A stretch of 64,000 bases of DNA from TPA_inf: Saccharomyces. Taxonomy: Eukaryota. The notes under the pieces are model-generated. The model worked only from the letters and a program-made list of their open reading frames with translations. It made no database searches and was not told where the DNA came from. Position numbers and translations under genes: made by a program. The stretch spans positions 160,001 to 224,000 of the forward strand of contig BK006938.2 of NCBI GenBank assembly GCA_000146045.2. Reading direction: 5' to 3'. Positions 42,571 to 55,642 of the stretch are shown piece by piece; the stretch's first letter is position 1, and each line of letters starts with the position of its first letter.

Positions 42571-43038
42571 TGACTAAATTATTAGGGACCAAACTATGCT
42601 ACCAGGCCTGCTTGTTTCTCAATTGCCTCCTTTCTATATTTTTTCAATTGTAAATATTGTATACTCCCGATTAAGAGGATGGCTTCATGAATCGAGCTTT
42701 TTCACACTCCAGTTTCGGAAATAGTCGCCGCACAATGATTCGAAGACATGACTGTGAAGTGTTGGTTGACATTTAATATGGTTTCATGTAAGAGATCCCA
42801 GAGCTACGGACTTGGCTTTTTCTTCCTGTAATTGTTTGCCAAACGTTGGGTAAACGCACATATAAGTATATTTTACTTTCCTTCTCCCTTCGTCAGTTTT
42901 TCTTTTGCTGTAATATATTGTTCTCAAAAGTTGTTTGGTATACAAAAGTGCAAGGTTTTTACTGGTTGTTACAGGTTCAGAGTTCCAATAAAGAAGATAT
43001 TAGAACGATCTTATCAATATTATCCAATTTCAACTAAT

Positions 43039-45111
43039 ATGAATGTATTAGTCTATAATGGCCCAGGGACTACGCCAGGATCAGTTAAGCATGCTGTTGA
43101 AAGTTTACGTGACTTTTTGGAACCCTATTACGCCGTCAGTACTGTCAATGTTAAGGTATTACAGACAGAACCATGGATGTCAAAGACCTCCGCTGTAGTT
43201 TTTCCTGGTGGTGCCGATCTTCCTTACGTTCAAGCTTGTCAACCCATTATTTCTCGATTGAAACATTTTGTTAGCAAACAAGGTGGTGTCTTTATCGGAT
43301 TTTGTGCAGGAGGTTACTTTGGCACCAGCCGTGTAGAATTTGCTCAAGGTGACCCTACAATGGAAGTATCAGGAAGCAGGGATTTGCGATTCTTTCCGGG
43401 AACAAGCAGAGGACCTGCGTACAATGGATTTCAGTATAACAGCGAGGCCGGTGCACGTGCAGTTAAATTGAATCTTCCAGATGGCTCACAGTTCTCAACT
43501 TATTTCAATGGAGGAGCCGTTTTTGTTGATGCAGATAAATTTGATAATGTCGAGATCTTGGCCACGTACGCAGAACACCCGGATGTGCCTTCTTCTGACT
43601 CAGGAAAAGGTCAAAGTGAAAACCCAGCTGCTGTAGTGCTATGTACGGTCGGAAGAGGAAAGGTTTTACTCACTGGACCACACCCTGAATTCAACGTCCG
43701 TTTTATGAGGAAATCCACAGATAAGCATTTTCTTGAAACCGTTGTGGAAAACCTGAAAGCACAGGAAATCATGAGGTTGAAATTTATGAGAACGGTTCTT
43801 ACCAAAACTGGGTTGAATTGTAATAATGACTTCAATTATGTAAGAGCTCCAAATTTGACACCACTGTTTATGGCTAGTGCACCTAATAAGCGGAATTACT
43901 TGCAAGAAATGGAAAACAACTTAGCTCATCATGGAATGCATGCAAATAATGTTGAACTCTGCTCAGAATTAAACGCCGAAACTGACTCTTTCCAATTTTA
44001 TAGAGGCTATAGAGCCTCTTACGATGCAGCAAGTTCGTCCTTGCTTCATAAAGAGCCAGATGAGGTTCCTAAGACCGTAATATTTCCTGGCGTAGATGAA
44101 GATATTCCACCATTTCAATATACGCCCAATTTTGACATGAAAGAATACTTCAAGTATCTGAATGTTCAAAACACCATAGGTTCTTTACTTCTATATGGTG
44201 AAGTTGTTACATCAACGAGTACCATATTGAATAATAATAAATCCTTATTAAGTTCGATCCCTGAAAGCACTTTACTTCACGTGGGTACTATTCAGGTTTC
44301 TGGGCGTGGGAGAGGTGGTAACACTTGGATTAATCCTAAAGGTGTTTGCGCATCAACGGCCGTCGTAACAATGCCGCTTCAATCGCCTGTGACTAATCGA
44401 AATATATCAGTTGTTTTTGTCCAGTATCTTTCTATGCTTGCTTACTGTAAGGCGATACTTTCGTACGCTCCTGGATTTTCAGATATTCCTGTTAGGATCA
44501 AATGGCCCAATGACCTTTATGCTTTGAGCCCCACCTACTATAAGCGTAAAAACTTGAAATTGGTTAACACCGGTTTTGAGCATACAAAGTTGCCCTTAGG
44601 TGATATCGAGCCCGCTTATCTTAAGATCTCTGGTTTATTAGTTAATACCCACTTCATAAACAATAAATATTGTTTGCTACTTGGCTGTGGTATAAATTTG
44701 ACTAGTGATGGTCCTACAACTTCATTACAAACTTGGATTGATATCCTGAATGAAGAACGCCAACAATTACACCTTGATTTATTGCCAGCAATAAAGGCAG
44801 AAAAGCTGCAGGCACTCTATATGAATAACCTTGAGGTCATATTAAAACAGTTTATTAACTACGGAGCTGCGGAAATATTGCCAAGTTATTATGAGTTGTG
44901 GTTACATAGTAACCAAATAGTAACATTACCAGATCACGGAAATACGCAAGCCATGATTACTGGTATCACGGAAGACTACGGTTTACTGATTGCAAAAGAA
45001 TTGGTAAGCGGTAGTTCCACTCAATTTACAGGAAACGTTTATAATTTACAGCCGGACGGTAACACTTTTGATATCTTCAAGAGCTTAATTGCTAAAAAGG
45101 TTCAGAGTTAA
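43039..45111 (+). CDS. BPL1: Biotin:apoprotein (holocarboxylase) ligase, 690 aa
   Basis: A BirA-like biotin protein ligase catalytic domain is present (GRGRGGNTW). The start is taken at [10 protein letters not shown]; the track ORF runs 69 codons further upstream, through an A/T-rich leader. Confidence 0.88.
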
Positions 45112-45359
45112 GAGTCTACCACTTGAAGCTTAGAAGTTGGACGGACGTAATTTAAATGCATTTACTAGCGCCGTTGGTTTTCCCAATGCTCTGCGGATAT
45201 AAATTAGTTACTTGATTCCCTATCCCTACCATAATGCTATGAAAAATAATGGTATATTTGGTATACGTTTTTATTATGATACAAAAATAAACTAGAAATA
45301 TTATTTGAGAAACTATATATAATGTAATAACGTCAAATACGTAAGGATGATATACTATA

Positions 45360-48300
45360 TCATCTGGAATTTTCATTTTCATTATGCTTTTGTTCGTCTT
45401 GCTTTGGAGAATATGCAGGAGATCCTGGGCTGTAGCCTGGAGATGTTGGGGAGTAAGAAGGTGAAGTAGGGCTATAGTTTGGAGAGGTGGGAGAGTAAGA
45501 AGGTGATGTTGGGGAATAGGATGGTGATGTTGGAGAGTATGAAGGCGATGTAGGACTATAACTTGGTGATGTTGGGGAATAGGCTGGAGACGTTGGGCTG
45601 TAACTTGGTGACGTTGGGCTGTAACTTGGTGACGTAGGAGAGTATGATGGAGATGTAGGAGAATAAGAAGGAGACGTAGGGCTGTAGCTTGGCGACGTGG
45701 GAGAGTAGGAAGGCGACGTTGGCGAATACGATGGTGACGTTGGAGAATACGATGGCGACGTTGGCGAATATGATGGTGACGTTGGCGAATATGATGGTGA
45801 CGTTGGTGAATACGATGGTGATGTAGGTGAGTACGATGGTGATGTTGGCGAGTACGATGGTGATGTTGGTGAGTACGATGGTGATGTTGGTGAGTACGCT
45901 GGAGAGGTAGGAGAGTATGTTGGGGAAGTTGGAGAAAAGCCTGGTGAGGAGACTCCAAATCCGGGAGATGTAGGTGCTTCACCATAAGCACCAAATGGAG
46001 ACGTGGCTTCACCATAATCAGCACCACCGTACGCTGTAAATCCTCCAGCCATAGCGTCATTTGAACCCGAATCAACCAGAGGTGAAAACATTAGCTCATC
46101 TTTAACGTCAAGATCTGCATTGACCAAACCACTTTCGTTACTGTATGGTGTGACGCCACCATCTTGTCCGTCTTCAATCTCAGTTATTTTTTGTTCTGGC
46201 ATGTATTTTACCAGTGACTCCTCATCGATCATCACATCAAATGCACCGGTACCGATTGGAGCCATTTGACCAAGAATGACATTTTCCGAAACACCACGAC
46301 AATCATCTAATTCGGCTGAAGCACCAGCTTCAAACAAAATTTCGACAGTTTCTTCAAATGAACATCTCATTAAGGCACCTGTATTTGATCTGTTGAAACC
46401 ATGACGAGTAACAGAAGTTAAGCCACCTTGGGTTGTCATAACATCGACTAACAAAGCCATATGACGGTAGTTAACATACGAACCATCAGAAGCAATAACA
46501 TTGTAAACTTCTTTATACAAGGCTGCACGACCAGCTTCAATACCTAGAACTTCCATTATATCAATGAAGGAGTTGGTATAGATTCTGGTTGGGTCGATAC
46601 CAGGAACAGTCATAACTTCAGATAAGTTAACACCATCTGTTTCCAACACCCATTCAGGTTCCTTAACGTATTCACCAGTTGGACTTGGTACTTTACGGTC
46701 ATATTTCATCATGACAACACGCTCGATGTTCTCTACACCACGTAATGTAATATTCTCTAACATTGTGTTCTCAATTTTCTTCAACATATGATCTTCTTCT
46801 GCTTCAGTCTCAGCATCTAGTGACTTTGGACGAACAACACGACAACGGATGATCAACTTCTCATCGTTGTCTTCAGACCAGATAACAAACAAATCATTTT
46901 TGAATGTTTGCTTGATTCTTTCACCAACCTGACCCATTGTTAAGTCTTTATCATTCATTGCTGCACGATCCAGTTCCAGACGTAATAACCAAGGTGATTG
47001 TTGGTCAAAAGATTGTTCAGCCTCTTCATCCAATAATGAGAAATGAAGTTGGATAATTTCTTCATCTTCTGGAATAACTGTGGAACGTGGATCAGGATCA
47101 TAGTAAATTTCTGAAGCAATAGTGACACTCTTTAAAGTGGTATGCTCGATAGCAGATCTGATCAACTTCGCTTGTTCTTGATCGGCAGCATGACCAGGCT
47201 CTAAGTATACAGTCAAGGAAGGGGTTTTCATGTTTTTGGCCACATTCAAAATTTCCTTTAAACGGGGGACACCAGAAGTAACTTTTTTGGAAGCAACACC
47301 AGCAAAATGGAAGGTGTTAAGGGTCATTTGTGTGGCTGGTTCACCAATGGATTGGGCTGCTAGAACACCAACCATTTCACCAGGGTGAACAACAGAACGG
47401 AGGAATTGTGCCTCGATATTACTTAATACCCAATCGAATGCCTGTTTTGTTAGTCTGTACTCTTGTAGAACTCTACGTGTGGCCAAACGGGAACGTAATA
47501 AACAGCAGAACAATGTAACTGCATCTCGCTGGGCATTTTGTATAATTTCATTCTTACCACGCAACACTAATAAGTTTTCTTGCAAATCCTTTACACCAAG
47601 AACGATGTCTTTGATTGTTAAATCAGATGGTTTCGTATGATCTATGTGGAAAGTTTGTTGAGCATTTTGAATAATACGTCTTATGTTGACTGGTAATGGC
47701 CAGTTTGCTTCACCATCAACAAAAACTTCCCTCAAAAATTTACGATCTTTCACTAATTGTTTGTATTCTTCATCCAGGAGAACTTGAAGTTTCAAATCGC
47801 CAAGTATCTCAGATCCGGATTCCAATAGTGAGGGATCAAGGGTATGGTCTGTATTCAATAAATCAACTCTGTATCTCTTTTCAAAAGCTGCATCGGAGCC
47901 ACCAATAGTATCTAGCGATTGCTTTTCAATATGCGCAGCATCCATACCATCTTCACCATAAATAAACTGAATAACGTTACCCAATGAGTTTCTTGTGGTG
48001 TTATCGTAATGAACCATGATATCTTCTAGAGCTTTCACTAAACGACGTTGAATATAACCTGTTTCGGCTGTTTTGACGGCGGTATCGATAAGACCTTCAC
48101 GACCACCCATTGCATGGAAAAAAAATTCTTGTGGGGTCAAACCTCTCAAATATGAGTTCTCAACAAAACCTTTAGACTCTGGGGAGTAATCATCTTTAGA
48201 GAAATGAGGTAAGGTACGATCAACGAACCCAAAAGCAATACGTTTACCTTCAACAGATTGCTGTCCTACACAAGCTGACATTTGCGCGATATTAATAAAT

Positions 48301-50561
48301 GAACCCTTGGAACCTGCCATAACCATTTGTTTCACATTGTTCAAATCTTTCAAATTGACTTCAGCTAAACGACCTGCCTTATCTCTTGCTTCATTTAGGA
48401 ACCGAACAACGTTATCCTCAAAAGACTCACGGAGAGTCATACCATGTTTAGCAGTCAATAAGTTTGCCTGGGCTTCTTTCGTAACATCCAAAACTTTCTT
48501 TTTAGCCTCTGCAATTGTCTCTGTAATTTCCCTCATTGTTGGGCCGTCCGCAATGGTATCACCAATACCTGTTGAAAACCCATTATGTAGTAACCAAAAG
48601 TTAACAACTTTCTGTATGTTACCAAACAACTTAGCACAAACTTGAGGTCCCTTTTCTCTCGTAACAACATGAATTAAACCACCATTGGAGGAACCAACGG
48701 TTTTTTTCTCTACTACACCAAAAATGATTTGACCGTCAATAATAAGCATACCATTATCCTTTGGAGAAAGCAGAGTAGTGCCCTCATCAAAACGTTGTAA
48801 ATGAATACCGTTTGGGATAGCCACAGACAAGATTTGTTTACCGGACCACAAAGGTTTGGGCTTGATAATTGCAGGTGTCGGAATAACACCATCCCAATCT
48901 GGAACCCAATAAAGCATATTCAAAACTTGATCAAGTTCTATAAATGTATCTCTTAATGTCAGTTTACGAATACCACACAAAGTATCTTGAACAATACCCA
49001 TACAAGGTTTGTTAGATTGTGGTGAAACAATTTGCAGAGGAACAGCACATAATTGAGAAAGTTCCGCCCTTGTTTCCTCAGACTGAGGAACGTGAAGATT
49101 CATTTCGTCACCGTCGAAATCGGCATTGTATGGAGATGTAACGGACAAATTCAATCTAAATGTAGAATATGGAATAACTTTTACTCTGTGGGCCATCATG
49201 GACATTTTGTGCAACGAAGGTTGACGGTTGAATAAAACTGGATCATTGTCCATAATATGACGTTCAACTTTCCACCCATACTGTAATTGAATATCACCTG
49301 CCCTTTTACTGTATCTTAAATCTATACGGTCTCCGCTATCACGAATGACGTATTTGGCACCGGGGTGCTCATTTGGTCCATTCCTAACAAGTTGCGTCAG
49401 ACGATCTATGTTATATGGTGTGACCACTTCTGGGTATGTTAAAGTCTTGGCAATAGATTTTGGAACACCGACTTGGTCTAATTCCAAATTAGGATCACCA
49501 GAAATAACAGTTCTTGCCGAAAAATCCACACGCTTACCCATTAAATTACCTCTGATACGACCCTCTTTACCCTTCAAACGAGCACGAATAGATTTAACGG
49601 GACGGCCGGACTTTTGAAGAGCTTGTGGTTGACCAGCAATATCATTATCCATATAAGTGGCAACATGAAATTGTAATAAACTCTCTGCTTCTTCAATAGC
49701 ATGATGTGGAGCACCGTTATGCTCTAGTGTTTCCAAACTAATATTAGCTTTTAAAATATCAGCAAGTTTAAAGGTTAAATCATCCTCACCTCTTTGAGAT
49801 TCATTGAAGGAAATGGATGGACGCACCGGTGGTGGTGGGACAGGAAGGCATGTTAAAATCATCCATTCTGGACGAGAAAAAACTTCGTTGAAACCCAAAC
49901 TAGTGAAGTCTTTTACTGAGATATGCTTAAAAATATTCAAGATTTCCTCCGTACTTAAAACTCTTAGTTCTGGTTCATCCGCATCCCCCGTGGCTCTATC
50001 TTTTTTCCAACTACCAACTAATTTCAACCCATCCTTACGAATTGTAGGCTGTGTATTACCACAACCTCCCCTTGATACGAGCTGAGTAGGATCATCTTCA
50101 GAAGGGACATCTGTTTCGCAGACCATTTTTGTTTTACATAAAGTCCAAATTGCAGCAAACCTTTTTTTACTGTCTTTGATTGCTAGAGCTTGTCTCATTA
50201 ATTCATTATGTTCATCCAGTAATAGCTTACCACAGTGCATACAGACACACTCACATACTTTCTTAATTTTGGCAATAAAACCAACATGAAATACAGGTTT
50301 TGCTAAATCTATGTGACCAAAATGACCAGGACATTCGTTCATACCCTCTTGACAAGTTTGACACTTCAGATTACGATCAATAGAGCCTAACCTAGGGTCG
50401 TTTAGACCACCAATTTTCGCTCTCGTCTGGGTTTCATCCATTGTCTCTGGAAATCTAATTTTGGCCACACTGATTGCTCTAACTTCTTCAGGTGAGAAAA
50501 GACCGAATTGGACCTCTTTTACTGTACGGAGTGGAGCACTAGAATACTGTTGTCCTACCAT
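45360..50561 (-). CDS. RPO21: RNA polymerase II largest subunit Rpb1, with a C-terminal heptad-repeat domain (1733 aa)
   Basis: All Rpb1 conserved regions are present, including the NADFDGD active site. The C-terminus carries about 26 YSPTSPS repeats. Confidence 0.97.
45403..45942 (-). repeat. Tandem 21-bp repeats encoding the Pol II CTD heptads YSPTSP[S/A/N/G], about 26 copies
   Basis: Directly visible as a periodic array (ggtgatgttgg(a/c)ga(g/a)ta(c/t)ga(t/a)...). It is bounded by FSPTSPT at the high-coordinate end and [11 protein letters not shown] at the low-coordinate end. Confidence 0.9.
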
Positions 50562-51374
50562 GTCTGATTTATATTTTGGGGTAAAGTGTTATTGCTATCT
50601 TTATGATTGGTCCCTCTTCTGGAAAAAGAAAAGGTAAAATTTTTTTGAAATTTGGTTAACAAGGATAGAAAGTAAAAAATGGTAAATTTTTTTTTTTGGA
50701 GTTTCTAGTTGAGGTTTTTATAATTATATTATTATTAACAGAGTTTGATTTCTTAGTCAAATATTCTGGTAGATAAACTTGAGGATATCGTATTTCAAAA
50801 TTAATCTGGAATGAAAAAAAAAACCTCTTATAATACAGTAGTTTTAGTTTTCCTTGAAAGTTGATCAGGGAATTCGCTAGGAAAACTTATGCAGAAAAGC
50901 AAATATAAACAAATGGTTAACTTTGGAGGGTTTTTATCTGTTTATATCGATCCTGTTCAAATTTTATTGGAAAATGAAAGGAATAAAAAAAAATGGAAGA
51001 TAAAACTAACAAAGAGAGTCGATCAGAACAACACAGATATGATTTCAGTTAATGAACGAATCGGATGTTCTTATGATACCTCTGTGAGAGCAATTAATGT
51101 TCTTGCTGCACTCTAAAGGACGATACAAAGCTGGCGGTGAATGGTGCTGCACGCTCTTCTTGTTTGTCCACTTGTTGCCACTGAACAAACTAAGGAGAAC
51201 CGACGGTCGAAATGAAAAAAAAAAAATGTTTAAAACCGACAATCGTCTTTAGTGAGTAAAGTCATGCGGGTAATGGAGGTCCGGGTTACCGTATGATAGT
51301 CCCTAATATAGACTCATATATATATATATATATTCTGATGGTAATGAAATTCGAATATACGGCATTTTAGCACC

Positions 51375-52046
51375 TTAATCTCGTAATATCCTTTTCGAGA
51401 GTTTGGCCTCGTACTTCTTGAAATCTGCGTCTATCAATTTCTCGTCTTTTTCCTCTTCAGTGTCGTTGTCAGCATCCACCTCTGAATCGCTTGCCTCGCT
51501 ATCGTTAGCCCAAAGAGTATATTCATCATTTTTATCACCATCTTCCTCGTCGCTGATGTCGATAATGTCTCTGAGCACGCTTGTGTATTTTGTTCTTTTA
51601 TCTTTCGTGCTGTTGTTGGCCGTCAGCGTCTTGATATGCCCATTATCTTCAACTATTTCACCAGTTTTCAGGTCTACGAGGTCTCCTTGTTCTTCAATAG
51701 ACTCGTATTTGCTTATGATGTTGGACCACACTTTTCTCATGTTTTCGTCTGCTAGTTTGTGGCGCTCCATGACTTCATCATCGGTTAGTTTAGGGATGAT
51801 GTGGTTTTCCTTGGACATTATATACACATGACCATTTCTTTCAGCAATTGGCCGTGAAATTCCATCGTCCTTTTTGGTCTTCCGTTTTTCGATATTTGGC
51901 GGATATACTCGATGAACAGGATTGCAATCGCTATGTTTTCGTATTTTGGACTCACTCTTCTTGCCGGACTCTTTCAATAGTCCTTTTAAGGCACCATGGA
52001 GATTTTTCAGGCTTCTTCTTTTAGAAATTTTCTTATTGGTTTTCAT
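51375..52046 (-). CDS. SCM3: CENP-A (Cse4)-specific histone chaperone, a HJURP orthologue (223 aa)
   Basis: The start is at MKTNKKISKRR. An Scm3 central domain and an acidic D/E/S-rich C-terminus are present. Confidence 0.85.
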   Translation of the reverse strand: MKTNKKISKRRSLKNLHGALKGLLKESGKKSESKIRKHSDCNPVHRVYPPNIEKRKTKKDDGISRPIAERNGHVYIMSKENHIIPKLTDDEVMERHKLADENMRKVWSNIISKYESIEEQGDLVDLKTGEIVEDNGHIKTLTANNSTKDKRTKYTSVLRDIIDISDEEDGDKNDEYTLWANDSEASDSEVDADNDTEEEKDEKLIDADFKKYEAKLSKRILRD

Positions 52047-52579
52047 CCTTCTGTTAATTTGTAGTGGAGGCGTCGATATGCTGTATCCCACTTTTTGTTT
52101 ATATATCATCTGATCCATTAGCTGAAAAATCGCGGTACTGAAGCTTTTTTCATGGCGCCCTTGAAACTTTCTCCTTCCGCCTGCGCATTATATAAAATAC
52201 GTTACAATAGGAAAAGATGACAGTTACTTAAAGTAAAGCTTCACAGCTTCAGACAAAAAAAGTATGAAACTTGTGAAGATGTTTTTATGCTGATCCGGCA
52301 GACGGCCATTCCATTATTTAGTTCTGATTTTAGTGGAAAAACTTTCGAAACTTAAAATAATAATAGCCCATTCTTGGACTGAGGTACATTTTCTTCTTAT
52401 TGGATTTCGTTTATTAGCTGTTTAACATATTTCTGTAGGGTTTTTTTTTTTTTTTTTGTACAGATTAGAAACCATACAGTGTAAACCATTATATAGGTCA
52501 ATTAATATATTTATAGATCATCCTGTCAATTTTTTTTTATTTTTTTTTGCAAAGCTCCCTTTTTCCTGAAACCAACAAC

Positions 52580-52590
52580 AAAATATAAAA
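52580..52590 (-). promoter_or_regulatory. Perfect ARS consensus sequence match: the plus-strand aaaatataaaa is the reverse complement of TTTTATATTTT (WTTTAYRTTTW). It lies in the 1.2-kb A/T-rich SCM3-RGT2 intergenic region, next to T21 and T/A homopolymer tracts, and is a candidate replication origin.
   Basis: An 11/11 ACS match with flanking easily-unwound poly(dA:dT). I cannot confirm origin activity from sequence alone. Confidence 0.4.
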
Positions 52591-53350
52591 AAAAAATGAT
52601 AAGCAGGATTTTTTCTTTTAATAATTCCTTAAAATTAACTAACAAGCTGAAGCCCTTACAACAAAGTAAGTCAAACCCAATTCACAAAAAAAAAATCTGT
52701 TTTATTTCAGATATGCAGGGTATATACATGGCACAGATAACCTTTTAATGAAAAGTAGCAATTGTGATACTAGCGCCTTTTTCCTTGCAAGAAAAGGGTT
52801 CCCTGTTCCTGCATCGTCCATCGGCATAGAGATGTCGCCGCTACCCTATCCAATTCTACCGCATGCCTAACAAAATGATTTCCGATTTTTTCAATCTAAC
52901 TCCGTCATTTCTTATCTGAGTTTTCCTCCCCGAGATAAATTGAACAAAGAATTTAATCGGCTCATATGTGAAAAAGTGTGATACTTACCGCAATGGGCAA
53001 AAATTATTAAAAAAAATCTAATTCCGCGCTTGGCTATTATCTCATTACCGACTCAACGGTGACTACCTGCCGTACACGCTTCCCCTTTGCTTCTTCCTCC
53101 ACCTCGAAAGTAGAACATATACATGGAACAGACATAAGCTCTTCAGCGTATCTATTTCATAAGTGGAGAGCATCGAACAATAAACCTTTGCCTAATTTCA
53201 TATAACATCCAGTATTCATTTTTTTTAGTTGACGCTAAGGCATTCGCTTGTGAAATTAAAGAGCAGATCAGGAATAGTATCAATAGTCTAAACCATCAAG
53301 TTGCACAGAAACCACTATATATATATGGAAATATCTCGAATATTGCTTGT

Positions 53351-55642
53351 ATGAACGATAGCCAAAACTGCCTACGACAGAGGGAAGAAAATAGTCATCT
53401 GAATCCTGGAAATGACTTCGGCCACCACCAGGGTGCAGAATGTACGATAAATCATAACAACATGCCACACCGCAATGCATACACAGAATCTACGAATGAC
53501 ACGGAAGCAAAGTCCATAGTGATGTGCGACGATCCTAACGCATACCAAATTTCCTACACAAATAATGAGCCGGCGGGAGATGGAGCTATAGAAACCACGT
53601 CCATTCTACTATCGCAACCGCTGCCGCTGCGATCGAATGTGATGTCTGTCTTGGTAGGCATATTTGTTGCCGTGGGGGGCTTCTTGTTTGGGTATGACAC
53701 TGGACTTATAAACAGTATCACGGATATGCCGTATGTTAAAACCTACATTGCTCCGAACCATTCATATTTCACCACTAGCCAAATAGCCATACTCGTATCA
53801 TTCCTCTCCCTAGGAACATTTTTCGGTGCGTTAATCGCTCCCTATATTTCAGATTCATATGGTAGGAAGCCAACAATTATGTTTAGTACCGCTGTTATCT
53901 TTTCCATCGGAAACTCATTACAGGTGGCATCCGGTGGCTTGGTGCTATTAATCGTCGGAAGAGTGATCTCAGGTATCGGGATCGGGATAATCTCTGCTGT
54001 GGTTCCTCTTTATCAAGCTGAAGCTGCGCAGAAGAACCTTAGAGGTGCCATCATTTCCAGTTATCAGTGGGCTATCACTATTGGGTTACTCGTGTCCAGT
54101 GCAGTATCGCAAGGAACTCATTCCAAAAATGGCCCGTCTTCATATAGAATACCAATTGGTTTGCAGTACGTTTGGTCAAGTATTTTAGCTGTGGGCATGA
54201 TATTCCTTCCAGAGAGTCCAAGATATTACGTCTTGAAGGATGAACTCAATAAAGCTGCAAAATCGTTATCCTTTTTAAGAGGCCTCCCGATCGAAGATCC
54301 AAGACTCTTAGAGGAGCTTGTTGAAATAAAAGCCACTTACGATTATGAAGCATCGTTCGGCCCGTCAACACTTTTAGATTGTTTCAAAACAAGTGAAAAT
54401 AGACCCAAACAGATTTTACGAATATTTACTGGTATCGCCATACAAGCTTTTCAACAGGCATCTGGTATCAATTTTATATTCTACTATGGAGTTAATTTTT
54501 TCAACAACACAGGGGTGGACAACTCTTACTTGGTTTCTTTTATCAGCTATGCCGTCAACGTCGCCTTCAGTATACCGGGTATGTATTTAGTGGATCGAAT
54601 TGGTAGAAGACCAGTCCTTCTTGCTGGAGGTGTCATAATGGCAATAGCAAATTTAGTCATTGCCATCGTTGGTGTTTCCGAGGGAAAAACTGTTGTTGCT
54701 AGTAAAATTATGATTGCTTTTATATGCCTTTTCATTGCTGCATTTTCGGCGACATGGGGTGGTGTCGTGTGGGTGGTATCTGCTGAACTGTACCCACTTG
54801 GTGTCAGATCGAAATGTACCGCCATATGCGCTGCCGCAAATTGGCTAGTTAATTTCACCTGTGCCCTGATTACACCTTACATTGTTGATGTCGGATCACA
54901 CACTTCTTCAATGGGGCCCAAAATATTCTTCATTTGGGGCGGCTTAAATGTCGTGGCCGTTATCGTTGTTTATTTCGCTGTTTATGAAACGAGGGGATTG
55001 ACTTTGGAAGAGATTGACGAGTTATTTAGAAAGGCCCCAAATAGCGTCATTTCTAGCAAATGGAACAAAAAAATAAGGAAAAGGTGCTTAGCCTTTCCCA
55101 TTTCACAACAAATAGAGATGAAAACTAATATCAAGAACGCTGGAAAGTTGGACAACAACAACAGTCCAATTGTACAGGATGACAGCCACAACATAATCGA
55201 TGTGGATGGATTCTTGGAGAACCAAATACAGTCCAATGATCATATGATTGCGGCGGATAAAGGAAGTGGCTCGTTAGTAAACATCATCGATACTGCCCCC
55301 CTAACATCTACAGAGTTTAAACCCGTGGAACATCCGCCAGTAAATTACGTCGACTTGGGGAATGGTTTGGGTCTGAATACATACAATAGAGGTCCTCCTT
55401 CTATCATTTCTGACTCTACTGATGAGTTCTATGAGGAAAATGACTCTTCTTATTACAATAACAACACTGAACGAAATGGAGCTAACAGCGTCAATACATA
55501 TATGGCTCAACTAATCAATAGCTCATCTACTACAAGCAACGACACATCGTTCTCTCCATCACACAATAGCAATGCAAGAACGTCCTCTAATTGGACGAGT
55601 GACCTCGCTAGTAAGCACAGCCAATACACTTCCCCCCAATAA
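53351..55642 (+). CDS. RGT2: Plasma-membrane glucose sensor of the hexose-transporter family, with a long C-terminal signalling tail (763 aa)
   Basis: A 12-TM MFS sugar porter core with the PESPR motif is present. An extended N/S-rich C-terminal tail follows, which is absent from ordinary HXT transporters. Confidence 0.92.
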   Translation: MNDSQNCLRQREENSHLNPGNDFGHHQGAECTINHNNMPHRNAYTESTNDTEAKSIVMCDDPNAYQISYTNNEPAGDGAIETTSILLSQPLPLRSNVMSVLVGIFVAVGGFLFGYDTGLINSITDMPYVKTYIAPNHSYFTTSQIAILVSFLSLGTFFGALIAPYISDSYGRKPTIMFSTAVIFSIGNSLQVASGGLVLLIVGRVISGIGIGIISAVVPLYQAEAAQKNLRGAIISSYQWAITIGLLVSSAVSQGTHSKNGPSSYRIPIGLQYVWSSILAVGMIFLPESPRYYVLKDELNKAAKSLSFLRGLPIEDPRLLEELVEIKATYDYEASFGPSTLLDCFKTSENRPKQILRIFTGIAIQAFQQASGINFIFYYGVNFFNNTGVDNSYLVSFISYAVNVAFSIPGMYLVDRIGRRPVLLAGGVIMAIANLVIAIVGVSEGKTVVASKIMIAFICLFIAAFSATWGGVVWVVSAELYPLGVRSKCTAICAAANWLVNFTCALITPYIVDVGSHTSSMGPKIFFIWGGLNVVAVIVVYFAVYETRGLTLEEIDELFRKAPNSVISSKWNKKIRKRCLAFPISQQIEMKTNIKNAGKLDNNNSPIVQDDSHNIIDVDGFLENQIQSNDHMIAADKGSGSLVNIIDTAPLTSTEFKPVEHPPVNYVDLGNGLGLNTYNRGPPSIISDSTDEFYEENDSSYYNNNTERNGANSVNTYMAQLINSSSTTSNDTSFSPSHNSNARTSSNWTSDLASKHSQYTSPQ

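Noticed and set aside
45152-46075. A 307-aa His/Arg/Thr/Gln-rich ORF on the minus strand
   Set aside because: It is an alternate reading frame of the RPO21 CTD 21-bp repeat array. Its periodic sequence is purely a consequence of the repeat.
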